64,000 bases of DNA from an uncultured Methanosarcinales archaeon (GTDB taxonomy: Archaea; Nanobdellota; Nanobdellia; Woesearchaeales; JAGLXL01): positions 6,511 to 70,510 of the forward strand of contig CAYLKE010000004.1 of the NCBI GenBank assembly GCA_964384425.1, read 5' to 3'. The translations under genes were made by a program, and so were the position numbers. Of the stretch, positions 38,811 through 48,200 are shown in pieces (the first letter of the stretch is position 1; every line of letters begins with the position of its first letter). Under the pieces are notes generated by a model, which had not been told where the DNA came from, ran no database searches, and saw only the letters and a list, made by a program, of their open reading frames with translations.

Positions 38811-40189
38811 AGAAATTAATTGCTTTGATGTTTGTATTGATGTTTTTGTTAGTTCCATTTACAAGTGCACAAACTAATGATGCAGCATTAGAGGATACTG
38901 CTTTTATCGAATATATCTGGAGTCAGATTGTGTATAAAACAACATTGAAATTTAATTTAGAAGGAAATAATGTTTTTTATAATCCTGAAAAGAAAGCTTG
39001 GACAAATAAACTTACTCAAAAAAGTTTAGAAGATATTGTTGGGTTTACAATTGAGTTAGAAACAATAAGAAAAGAACTAGTTGGTAATTATTCTGATCAA
39101 AAAGATGGCATAAATATTATTTTGAATGAGATAGAAAGAATTGGTCCTGATGCTATTTTTGCTTTAGGAGATTTTTGGTTGATATTTAAGAATAAAAGTA
39201 TGTCATCAGGTGTTCGAGATAATTTTATTAATGTTGCAAGAAAATTAAAAGATGATAAGCTCGAAAATTTCCTTTTAAAAGCAGAGAGATCAGATAACCT
39301 TGAAACATTTATTTCATCTTATAATAAGTCTAAAGAAAAAGAAGAAGATAAAGGTGAAGAAAATAAAGAAGAAACAAAATCAGAAAAAGATGGTTTATGT
39401 ATTGATACAAATAATTGTTATATTACACCAAGAAGTATATCTGAGGCAAATAAAACAAAAATAAGAACTTATCTTAGTAAATTTAAAGCTGAAGATTTAA
39501 GTGATGCTGAAAAAAGACAAATAAGTTTTTGTGCTTATGTAGATACTGTTCCTAATTTTGAATATCTTTATCATGTTCTTGGAAAAGGAGATTATACTGG
39601 GCCTATTTGGCCAGATGGTACAGAATATGTACTGGAAGGAAAAAGTTATTTGGGTGATTTTGATGGATTCGCTAGCGCTTATGTAAATGCTTTAGCATAC
39701 CCATATCATCGTGTTTTTAAAATATATTATGATGAAGGAACTGCTGATTGGTGGATTGAATTTGCAGAAGAAGGATTTTCAGGAGATATAACATCTTATT
39801 CTACTAAAAATAAATTTTTTAAGGAAGTTCTTGCTGACAAAGATGAGAAGTTAGATGTTTATTTTGAACAAGATAAAGATTGGCATATAGCAATAGGTAA
39901 TTATTGTAACTTAAGTTTTCAAAATAATTTGGATTTTTATAGTTCTTCAGTTTATAATTGCCCTCATGGATTTTGGGATTTGGTTCATTGTAAAGAGATA
40001 GAATTTAATAATACAGAAAAGAAATATTATATTTTTGCAAAAGAGGAAGTAGAAAATAATCATGAAGTAATTGGTTCTGAAGAAAAAATTAGGGAAGATT
40101 TTGGTCCTTGGAGAGTTTACAAAAAAGAATTTTTAGATAGCTTTTTGAATAATAAAACAAGGATAAAATTTACTGAAATAAAAAAATAA
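38807..40189 (+). CDS. Secreted protein (460 aa) with Sec signal peptide, K/E-rich linker and Cys-containing C-terminal domain
   Basis: Signal peptide MKKLIALMFVLMFLLVPFTSAQ|TND. 4-nt overlap with the HEPN gene. Confidence 0.65.
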   Translation: MKKLIALMFVLMFLLVPFTSAQTNDAALEDTAFIEYIWSQIVYKTTLKFNLEGNNVFYNPEKKAWTNKLTQKSLEDIVGFTIELETIRKELVGNYSDQKDGINIILNEIERIGPDAIFALGDFWLIFKNKSMSSGVRDNFINVARKLKDDKLENFLLKAERSDNLETFISSYNKSKEKEEDKGEENKEETKSEKDGLCIDTNNCYITPRSISEANKTKIRTYLSKFKAEDLSDAEKRQISFCAYVDTVPNFEYLYHVLGKGDYTGPIWPDGTEYVLEGKSYLGDFDGFASAYVNALAYPYHRVFKIYYDEGTADWWIEFAEEGFSGDITSYSTKNKFFKEVLADKDEKLDVYFEQDKDWHIAIGNYCNLSFQNNLDFYSSSVYNCPHGFWDLVHCKEIEFNNTEKKYYIFAKEEVENNHEVIGSEEKIREDFGPWRVYKKEFLDSFLNNKTRIKFTEIKK

Positions 40190-40246
40190 TAAATGAATAA
40201 TGAATAAAATAAAAACATTTAAATTACTTCTTTATCTCTTTTCTTT

Positions 40247-40822
40247 ATGATTTACATAATAGAACATTTAGATGATGAATTATACAAATGGAGTTTGTTA
40301 GAGTATACTCATATCTCTAAGATTGTTGGAAAAGAGAATGTTCTCTTCACAAATATTAAATACGAGAAAGATGCTAAAATATTATCTAAGATTGGAAAGG
40401 TTGAGGAAAAATCAGTAATAGAACTATCTTATTTAAACAAAAACAATACTTGTATTCTAGAACTAGATGGAAAACAGAAACTTTCACTTAATGAAACATT
40501 CAAATATTATATCTTTGGAGGTATTCTCGGAGATCATCCACCACAAGGGCGTACAAGATATATAACAGAGAAATTAAATTTTCCAAAGAGATGTTTAGGA
40601 AATAAACAAATGTCAACAGACACTGCAGTTATTGTTTCTCATGAGATTTTAGAAAACAAAAAGAAATTTTCTGATTTAAAATTCCAAGATGGATTCGAAT
40701 TACAGATAGATGAAGGATTTTCTAATTATTTTCCATTTAGGTATTTGAAGAAAAATAATAAAGTTGTTTTAACACCTGGATTAAAAGAATATCTGAAAGA
40801 AGAAGATATTTCTAATTGTTAA
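40247..40822 (+). CDS. Hypothetical protein (191 aa)
   Basis: Globular, non-repetitive ORF with conserved-looking motifs (YIFGGILGDHPPQGRT). Confidence 0.45.
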   Translation: MIYIIEHLDDELYKWSLLEYTHISKIVGKENVLFTNIKYEKDAKILSKIGKVEEKSVIELSYLNKNNTCILELDGKQKLSLNETFKYYIFGGILGDHPPQGRTRYITEKLNFPKRCLGNKQMSTDTAVIVSHEILENKKKFSDLKFQDGFELQIDEGFSNYFPFRYLKKNNKVVLTPGLKEYLKEEDISNC

Positions 40823-40893
40823 TTACTATTTAACATTTGTTTATAAAGACTTGTTAAATGGCAAAGAAAGGTTTATAAAGAAAAACAGTTTGT

Positions 40894-41835
40894 TTATAAA
40901 TACCCAAAATAAACTTCAAAGAATTTCTTAAAAGTGTTTTCAAATTTATTTAAAATAAATCTAATCAACTTATTGTTATGTTTATTATCAAAAGCACTTA
41001 AACAATCAAAATATGCTTTTCTCATTGTTTTTCTTATTATCAATGGAGGATATCCTTTTTCCATTAACATAGCATTTAATAAAATTCTTCCAATCCTTCC
41101 ATTTCCATCTTCAAATGGATGAATGTTTTCAAATTTTCCATGAAATATCGAACATAGTTCTAAAATGTGTTTTTTATCTTTATTTTTTTCATACCATCTG
41201 ATTAGTTTATCTATTTCTTGTTCAACTTTTTCAGGAGGTGTTGTGCGGAGGTTAGTCATAACAATAAAATTAGGAAATTTTTTAAAACCAGTTGAGACAC
41301 CTGTATCTTTAACAATTTCTGAATGTAATTTAATTATTGATTTTTTATTGATTTTAATTTTTTTATTAAACAATAATTCAATAACATTTCTCATATTTCT
41401 TGTTTCATACACTTCCCTTAGGTCTTTATCTTTTGGAATAAGGTTATCTGTCATAAACATAGTTACATCTTTTAATGTTAATGAGTTTCCTTCAATTGCA
41501 TTAGTTTCATAAGTAAAGTTTGCTGTAAATCTGTCAAGAATGTCTTTTTTTTGGTTTTTAGTTAATTTATTCATTAAATGTTTATACTTAACTTTAATTG
41601 TTTCTATTTTTTTAATATTTATTAAAGAATTTTTTTCTTTAGTTTTTTCTATAAATTTGATATTTTCTTCTATTTCTTTATTTAACAAATATTCTTTTAC
41701 TTCTTTTTTATTTACATCAGATTTATTTTTAATCATTTTTGATACTTTCTTTATTTTTTGATTAGGTAATCTAAATGAATGTTCTGCATAAAGGTACTTA
41801 TGGGACTTAATTGTTTTAGTTTGGACACTAACCAT
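40894..41835 (-). CDS. Fic/Doc-family protein (AMPylation-type Fic domain)
   Basis: Canonical Fic motif HPFEDGNGRIGR within a helical domain. Confidence 0.8.
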   Translation of the reverse strand: MVSVQTKTIKSHKYLYAEHSFRLPNQKIKKVSKMIKNKSDVNKKEVKEYLLNKEIEENIKFIEKTKEKNSLINIKKIETIKVKYKHLMNKLTKNQKKDILDRFTANFTYETNAIEGNSLTLKDVTMFMTDNLIPKDKDLREVYETRNMRNVIELLFNKKIKINKKSIIKLHSEIVKDTGVSTGFKKFPNFIVMTNLRTTPPEKVEQEIDKLIRWYEKNKDKKHILELCSIFHGKFENIHPFEDGNGRIGRILLNAMLMEKGYPPLIIRKTMRKAYFDCLSAFDNKHNNKLIRFILNKFENTFKKFFEVYFGYL

Positions 41836-41882
41836 GTATTTTGTTATCCCTACATACTTTTAAATATTTCTATTTTGTAGGG

Positions 41883-42227
41883 TTAACTAATTAAATTTAC
41901 TTTATTCCCTACCATTACATATTCACCTTCTTCTTTTTCTACACTTCCTTCAACTTGTATTATGTCTCCTTTTTTTAATGAAATATTTTTATCATAGAAT
42001 AATAAAACACTTACTTCTTTTGGAACCATTTGTTGAACTGTTAAGAAGGTTACTTTATTTCCATTACCAGTATTTGTAATTTCTCCTCTTAGAACAAAGT
42101 CTCCTTCTTGTGTAAGATTTTGAATAGTTGTTATGTTTGGATTAATTGTAAGAGATATTATAAAAAGCAATACAACACCTACAAATGCTCCAATATAAGA
42201 TATTTTCTTTAATGTTGATTCTTCCAT
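41883..42227 (-). CDS. Small exported/membrane-anchored protein with beta-rich (OB-like) domain
   Basis: An N-terminal transmembrane/signal segment (IGAFVGVVLLFIISLTI), then ~80 aa of beta-like sequence. Confidence 0.45.
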   Translation of the reverse strand: MEESTLKKISYIGAFVGVVLLFIISLTINPNITTIQNLTQEGDFVLRGEITNTGNGNKVTFLTVQQMVPKEVSVLLFYDKNISLKKGDIIQVEGSVEKEEGEYVMVGNKVNLIS

Positions 42228-42347
42228 AAGATTTTTTTGGATTTACTTTTTATAAGTTACTTGTTTTTATTTTCGGAATATTTTTGTTAATATACTATTG
42301 CTTAAAGGTTAACAATATTAATAAAGAGACTATAATTTATTTTATTA

Positions 42348-43318
42348 TGAAAAGAGTTCAAAGTCCAAGTTCAATAAACACATACAAGCAATGCCCTAGA
42401 AAATATTATTATCAATATATAATCAAATTACCTACTTCTGGAAATATTCACACAATTAGAGGAAATATTGCACATACTGTGTTAGAAGATTTTTATGATG
42501 TAGATGTAAGTTCAGTTGATTTTTCTAATTTTGAAGGATTTTTCAAGAAAAAGATGCAGAATATGCTTTTTGAAGAATGGGGAAAACATAAAGAAGAGAT
42601 TGAGGAGATGGTGGGGTCAAAGGATAAAGCTATATTTTATTTTGAAGAAACCCTTATGATGTTATTTAATTGGTTACAGCATTTTATTAGAGAAGTAAAG
42701 GAGAAGAATGATGGAGAAAAGTCTTTTCAAGAATTATTTAAACAACTTACTCCAGAAAGAGAAGGATCATATAAATCTATGAAATACTCTGTCAGAGGAT
42801 ATATTGATAGAGTAGATCTTGTGGATGGGAAAATAATGGTTGTTGATTATAAGACAAGTTCTCGTTATAAATTATCTAATGATTATAAATTACAATTAGC
42901 TATATATTCTTTATTATATTATGAAAAACATGGAAAGATTCCAGATGAAGTTGGATTGTTTTTTTTAAGATTTCAGCCTTTGATGATACCTGCTAATCAA
43001 GAACTTATTGATTATGCAATTCAAGAAGTTGAATTTGTTCACGAACAGACACAATACAAAGAAATAGAATATTATCCTCGTAAAACTTCTCCATTATGTA
43101 AATATTCTACTGGACAATGTCCTTTTTATGATGTATGTAATGGAAATATGTGTCCTGAGAAGTATAAAGAGATTATGGGTGTTAAGGACGATAAAAATAA
43201 TCCTAGGAATGAGAAAAATGATGATTCTAGTAAAAAGGAACAAGTTAAGAAATGTGAATCTCTCATAGAGAAAAGACCTCAGTCACATTTCACAAATGGT
43301 CAGACGACATTTAGATAA
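42348..43318 (+). CDS. Cas4-like / RecB-family PD-(D/E)xK nuclease with predicted 4-Cys Fe-S cluster (stand-alone, no cas genes)
   Basis: N-terminal QCPRKYYYQY. Motif II-III GYIDRVDL…VVDYKTS. C-terminal Cys triad CKYSTGQCPFYDVC(…C). Probable start is the ATG at 42348; the track ORF begins at an upstream TTG. Confidence 0.6.
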
Positions 43319-43594
43319 TTCTTTTATTCTACAAATGAAATTAATGAGTGGATAAACAATGAAAATAAAATTTTCAAGCATTAATCAGAGATTAATAAAA
43401 TAGTAAGACCGATGTTTCAAAAGAATAATATGAATTAGTTATCAAAGAGATTAAAGAATTTATGGAACTTATCAAAGGACATGAAAAAATACTCTATGCT
43501 ATTGGTAAACTTTAGTTTTTTATTTATTTTACTAAATTAATTATTTATGAAGATAATTTATTTGTTTATTGTATTGAACAAATTGTATCAAAAA

Positions 43595-43612
43595 TGTTCA
43601 GTGTACTGAACA
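43595..43612. promoter_or_regulatory. Perfect 18-bp palindrome tgttcagtgtactgaaca flanked by tgaacaaatt direct repeats, about 160 bp upstream of ORF 43767
   Basis: Seven-bp arms around tgta; tgaacaaatt recurs at 43575 and 43607. Confidence 0.3.
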
Positions 43613-43766
43613 AATTTAATGTATTTCTAATTTTTGTTTTTTATTGGAATAGTTGTTGGAATTATACTTATTACGATAAGTATTATTACGATAAGTATGT
43701 TTTCTTGTCTAAAAGATATGAATTTCACTCACAAATAATAACACATCTTTTTAAATAATAATTTTA

Positions 43767-45203
43767 ATGTATTCTTATATGAAAAAATTATGGGTGCTAT
43801 TAGTAATTCCTTTACTTTGTTTTGGATTCTTTAATTGGTTTTCTTCAGAACCTGTTGTTACAGGAAAACAAGCTAATCCAATAAAGGTTTATCCAGGACA
43901 ATCACTTAATATTATGGTTTCTTTTGAAGATAAATATGGAATAGAAAAAGCAACTGCTTATTTTCAACATGAAAAAGGAGAAGATAAAGTTGATATGATT
44001 TTATCTGCTGGATACGATACAAAAGGGACGTATTCTGCTAATTGGATTGTTCGTGATACCTTAGATCAAGTATGGTATGGTACAAGAGTTGTTCTCGTCA
44101 ATAAAAAAGGAAAGAAAACTGAAACATTTGTAAGATGGCAAGATCCTACACAAAGTCATTCTTTGAGTCAGATAAAACCAGGACACACAAATGTGGATTC
44201 TGTTGTTGAAAATACAGATGGAAGCCAATTTAACTTTACATATAATGGAACTGATCTTGCAAAAAATTACACTATTCTAGGTTCTACTTATTATCATATG
44301 TATCCATTTATGAATATAAAAACACATAATTCTTCAGGACTTTTTGTTAATTCTTCATATGATGTAAACACACTTTATCAATATGCAATTAAAGGATTTG
44401 GGAAATTCATTGGTGTTGTTGGCGAAACAGATTTTGGTTATGGGGTTCAAGGAAAAACAACATCTTCTAGTTCTGGTTCGATAGGAGTTTATGGGCATGC
44501 AAGTTCAAGTTCTGGTTCAACCAAAGCAGTTTATGGATTATCAGAATCTTCTTCTGGAATAGGTATTTACGGAGAGGCAAGTTCAAGTTCTGGTTCAACA
44601 ATTGGTGTTCGTGGTGAATCAAATTCTCCGAATGGATGGGGGGTTGTTGCAGAAGGAGCAGATTATAATTATAATTCACTTTACAATGTAACTCAAATAA
44701 ATTCTGAAACAAGAGGACAAGCACTTTTAGCAAAAGGGGATGAAAATATAACTGGATTAACAAATGATAATTGTGTTATATGGAACTATTCTTTTACCAA
44801 AAGTAATCATACTATTCCTGTACCAGAATCATGCATTGATAGTACTTGTGATATAATTTTATCTGATATAGGTAAGCAGGAAAGTTCAGATACTATTGAT
44901 ACAATAAGACAATTAAAACTTGTTAATTATTTTCAATCAAGTTTAGACAATCGTGTTGTTTATATGAGTTCTTTTTATAGTACTTCAGAAAGTCTTTTTA
45001 CATATTATAGTAGTAATCCTGACGCAAGAAATGGAATAAATCAAAATTTATTAATAACTCAAACTGGAACATGGGGTGGAAGCATATATAATGATGATTA
45101 TTGCTTTTTGTGGATAGATAGAAGTGCAAGTGGTGAAACAGATGCAAATAATTGGACTTTAGAAATAACAAATAATGGTTGTGCAATTTATATTTGTAAT
45201 TAA
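43767..45203 (+). CDS. Secreted protein (478 aa) with four tandem Ser/Gly-rich ~17-aa repeats (SSSSGS..GVYG.A)
   Basis: N-terminal signal/anchor (LWVLLVIPLLCFGFFNWF). Repeats lie at about aa 232-295. Confidence 0.65.
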   Translation: MYSYMKKLWVLLVIPLLCFGFFNWFSSEPVVTGKQANPIKVYPGQSLNIMVSFEDKYGIEKATAYFQHEKGEDKVDMILSAGYDTKGTYSANWIVRDTLDQVWYGTRVVLVNKKGKKTETFVRWQDPTQSHSLSQIKPGHTNVDSVVENTDGSQFNFTYNGTDLAKNYTILGSTYYHMYPFMNIKTHNSSGLFVNSSYDVNTLYQYAIKGFGKFIGVVGETDFGYGVQGKTTSSSSGSIGVYGHASSSSGSTKAVYGLSESSSGIGIYGEASSSSGSTIGVRGESNSPNGWGVVAEGADYNYNSLYNVTQINSETRGQALLAKGDENITGLTNDNCVIWNYSFTKSNHTIPVPESCIDSTCDIILSDIGKQESSDTIDTIRQLKLVNYFQSSLDNRVVYMSSFYSTSESLFTYYSSNPDARNGINQNLLITQTGTWGGSIYNDDYCFLWIDRSASGETDANNWTLEITNNGCAIYICN

Positions 45204-45233
45204 AATAAAAGAAGAATAAAAAAGAGGTAAAAA

Positions 45234-48200
45234 ATGAAAAAAAATACTAGATTTTTAAAAATCATTCAAATGTTTATTGTTTTTATTTTTATGTTTTCCA
45301 TATTTTCTAATTCTGCAAATGCTCAATTTGGTGCTGGAACTACTGGAGGTGTTGCTGCAGCAGCAGCTGGTGGAGGAGCAGCAACTATTTCTGTAGGAGC
45401 AGTTCTAGGTATTGTCGGTGGAGCAGCTGCGATATTAGCAATAACTGGTTATTTTGCTTATGAAAAGGGTTGGTTTAATTCAGATGAATACATGTTTTTA
45501 CATAGTGTTGCTAATGGAAAGACAGATGATGCTGTTGATTTCTTAAATCATCTTAGTAGGGATGAACTTATTGAATTGATTTGTGAGCATATGGATGAAT
45601 TGCTTGAAAATCTTAATAAAAAACGAAAGGAAATAACTGGTGATCTTCTTGATGTCAGTGAGGATGTTAATAAAGAAGATAAAGAAAATCAAGAAGAAGA
45701 AAACGCTATTAAAAATGGTGAAAGCACAGATGAAACTAGTCGACAAGAAGCAGCTAGAGAATCTCTTGAAAGTAGTGTTTGGAGCGAAACACTTGGTGAA
45801 TTAAACGCTACATTTGATAAAGAGATGAAAAATGCTGCAAAAGATGCAGTAACTGAAGATTATGATGATGCTATGGAAGCTGAAAAGAAAGCTGAACAAA
45901 AAGAGGCAGCTAAAAAAGCAGCAGAAGAACTTCAAGGTATTGTTAAAGGATTCAAAAAACAAAAAGAGGGTAGTTCTGAACTTAATGATAATACTATTAA
46001 ACAAGTTGCAGGTGTTTTGAATGATCCAGATATTTCACAAAAAGATAAACAAAGATTGTTTAATGCATTACCTGATTTTATTAAAAATAAAGTTAAACAA
46101 AAAGCATTATTGGGATTAAAGAATCATTACACTAAATTGATAAATAATTTTTCTAAATTTAAAGACAAGTTTGATGCGTTATGTGATGAGAGTGCTAAAG
46201 AAGGATATACTCATGACAACCTTATAACTGCAGTCGAAATATTATTTGAATATGATTTAGGCCCAAAGATTATGAATGGAGAGGCAGAACCTGGAGAAGC
46301 TTGGAAAAGAATAATGCAGATATGGGAAGGTTCTGATGCTATTTCTGGAGAAGATGAAGCACTTTTATTTAAGATGGCTGTTGCTGCAGCAAACAAACTT
46401 AATGAAGCTAGAAAAGCAGCAAAAGGAAATACTGCAGCAGAACAAAATCTTTTGGAGCAAGAATGTTCTATATATTGTGGTCTTCTTAATAAGCTAGGTT
46501 GTGATGCTTTCTTTGAAAACCTTAACAAGCAAGATATGAAAAAAGCAAGAAGAGTGGCTGAAGTTCTTTCTGAATGTGCAGACAAAAATATTGGTGGATG
46601 TTCAGCAACAGATTGTTTAAAGCCAGGTTCAATTGCATTTAAGGCAGCAACTGAAAATCTTTTGAAGTGTAATAAAAATCTTGTTAATCTTTTTAAAAAA
46701 GAAGTTGATAAGATAAAAGCTATGGAAGATGGTGATGCAAAAAATGATGCAATCAATAAAGCAAAGAACAAATACAAAAAACTTGCTCAAAAATTAGAAG
46801 AAGAATTTAAGAAAAAAGTCAAAGCTAAAGAATCAGTAAGTCAAGATGTTAGTGACAAAATAAAACAAATGAATGATTTAGTTAATAAACTTGAAGAAAT
46901 GGAAGATGCTGTTATTAGAAAGTTAAGTCTTAAGGTTGTTACAAGTATGATTCCTCCTGAAGCACATATAAATGATGCATTGGATAAACTTATGGAATGT
47001 GATTCTTCTTATATTGATGGTTTAATAGAGAATCTTGTTAAAAAAAGAAATGCTCTATTAAATGATAATGCAGAAGAAGATGATAATAAAAAGAAAGAAG
47101 AGAGGAATAAAGAGATAGAAAAATTAAATGATGCAATAAAAAAAGTAAAAGATTCAGTTGATAAAGTTAAAGATTGTTTAGAAAAAACTAAAAATGATTT
47201 AAATAATAATCCTTCTAAATATTATGGTGAAGGAAGTGATGTTGTTGATAATAAAAAACTCAAAGATAATCTAAGAAAATGTCTTGGAAAAGAAGGAATC
47301 AGAGAATATGTTGGTGTTTTAGGAAATGGAGAAAATATTGGAAATATTGTTAAGCAACTTGAAGCTAAGATAGATGCTTTAAGTAAAGTATCAAGTAATG
47401 CAGATCCTGGTAAGGAAAAAGATCTAGAGGATCCAAAAGGAACAAAAATACCTGCTAATGATATTGGACAAACATCTGAACCTGCACCAAGACCTGCGTT
47501 TAGAAATCAGATAACTCAAATCCTAAATGAGATTAGGGCTTGTCAGACAGAAAAGATAGATAAGTTAAAAGAAATGTTAAAAGATAAAGGTGCAGACGAA
47601 GGTGACAAACAATTGATTAGAAATACTATTGCTGCTTTGGAGAAAGAGAAAGCAAAAGAAGAAAAAAAATTAATTTTGATAGTTAATCGAAGATTAGTGG
47701 AAATCAATAAAAAAATTGAGAAATTAGAACAACTACTCAATGGGGTTAATGATATTCCTCAAAGTAATATTGGGAATGGACAATTAACACAGCTTCTGGA
47801 AGGTATTAAAGCATGTAATGTTGATGCTGAAGATTTATTGAAAGAAGCAAAAGAGAGAGGTGTTTCTGAAGCAGATGCTAATGCAATAAAAGCTGCAATG
47901 AAAGATATGGAAGACAAAGTTAAGAGATTGGAAAAAGAAAAAAATACATTAGAAGCTGAATTAGAAACAGAAGAAGATGATTATGCTCCCGATGAATGGG
48001 GACCAGAAGAGGATAAAGAAAAAAAGATAAAAGATTTACGAGATAAAATAAAAGAAAAAGAAGAAGAGATTAAAAAATACAAACACAAATTAGAAGTATT
48101 ACAAGAAATATTGGATGAATACACTGATTACGCTACATTTGATAATAAAAAGCAGTTTACTGGATTATTAGTAGAAATAGCTAAATGTAATATTGATGCT

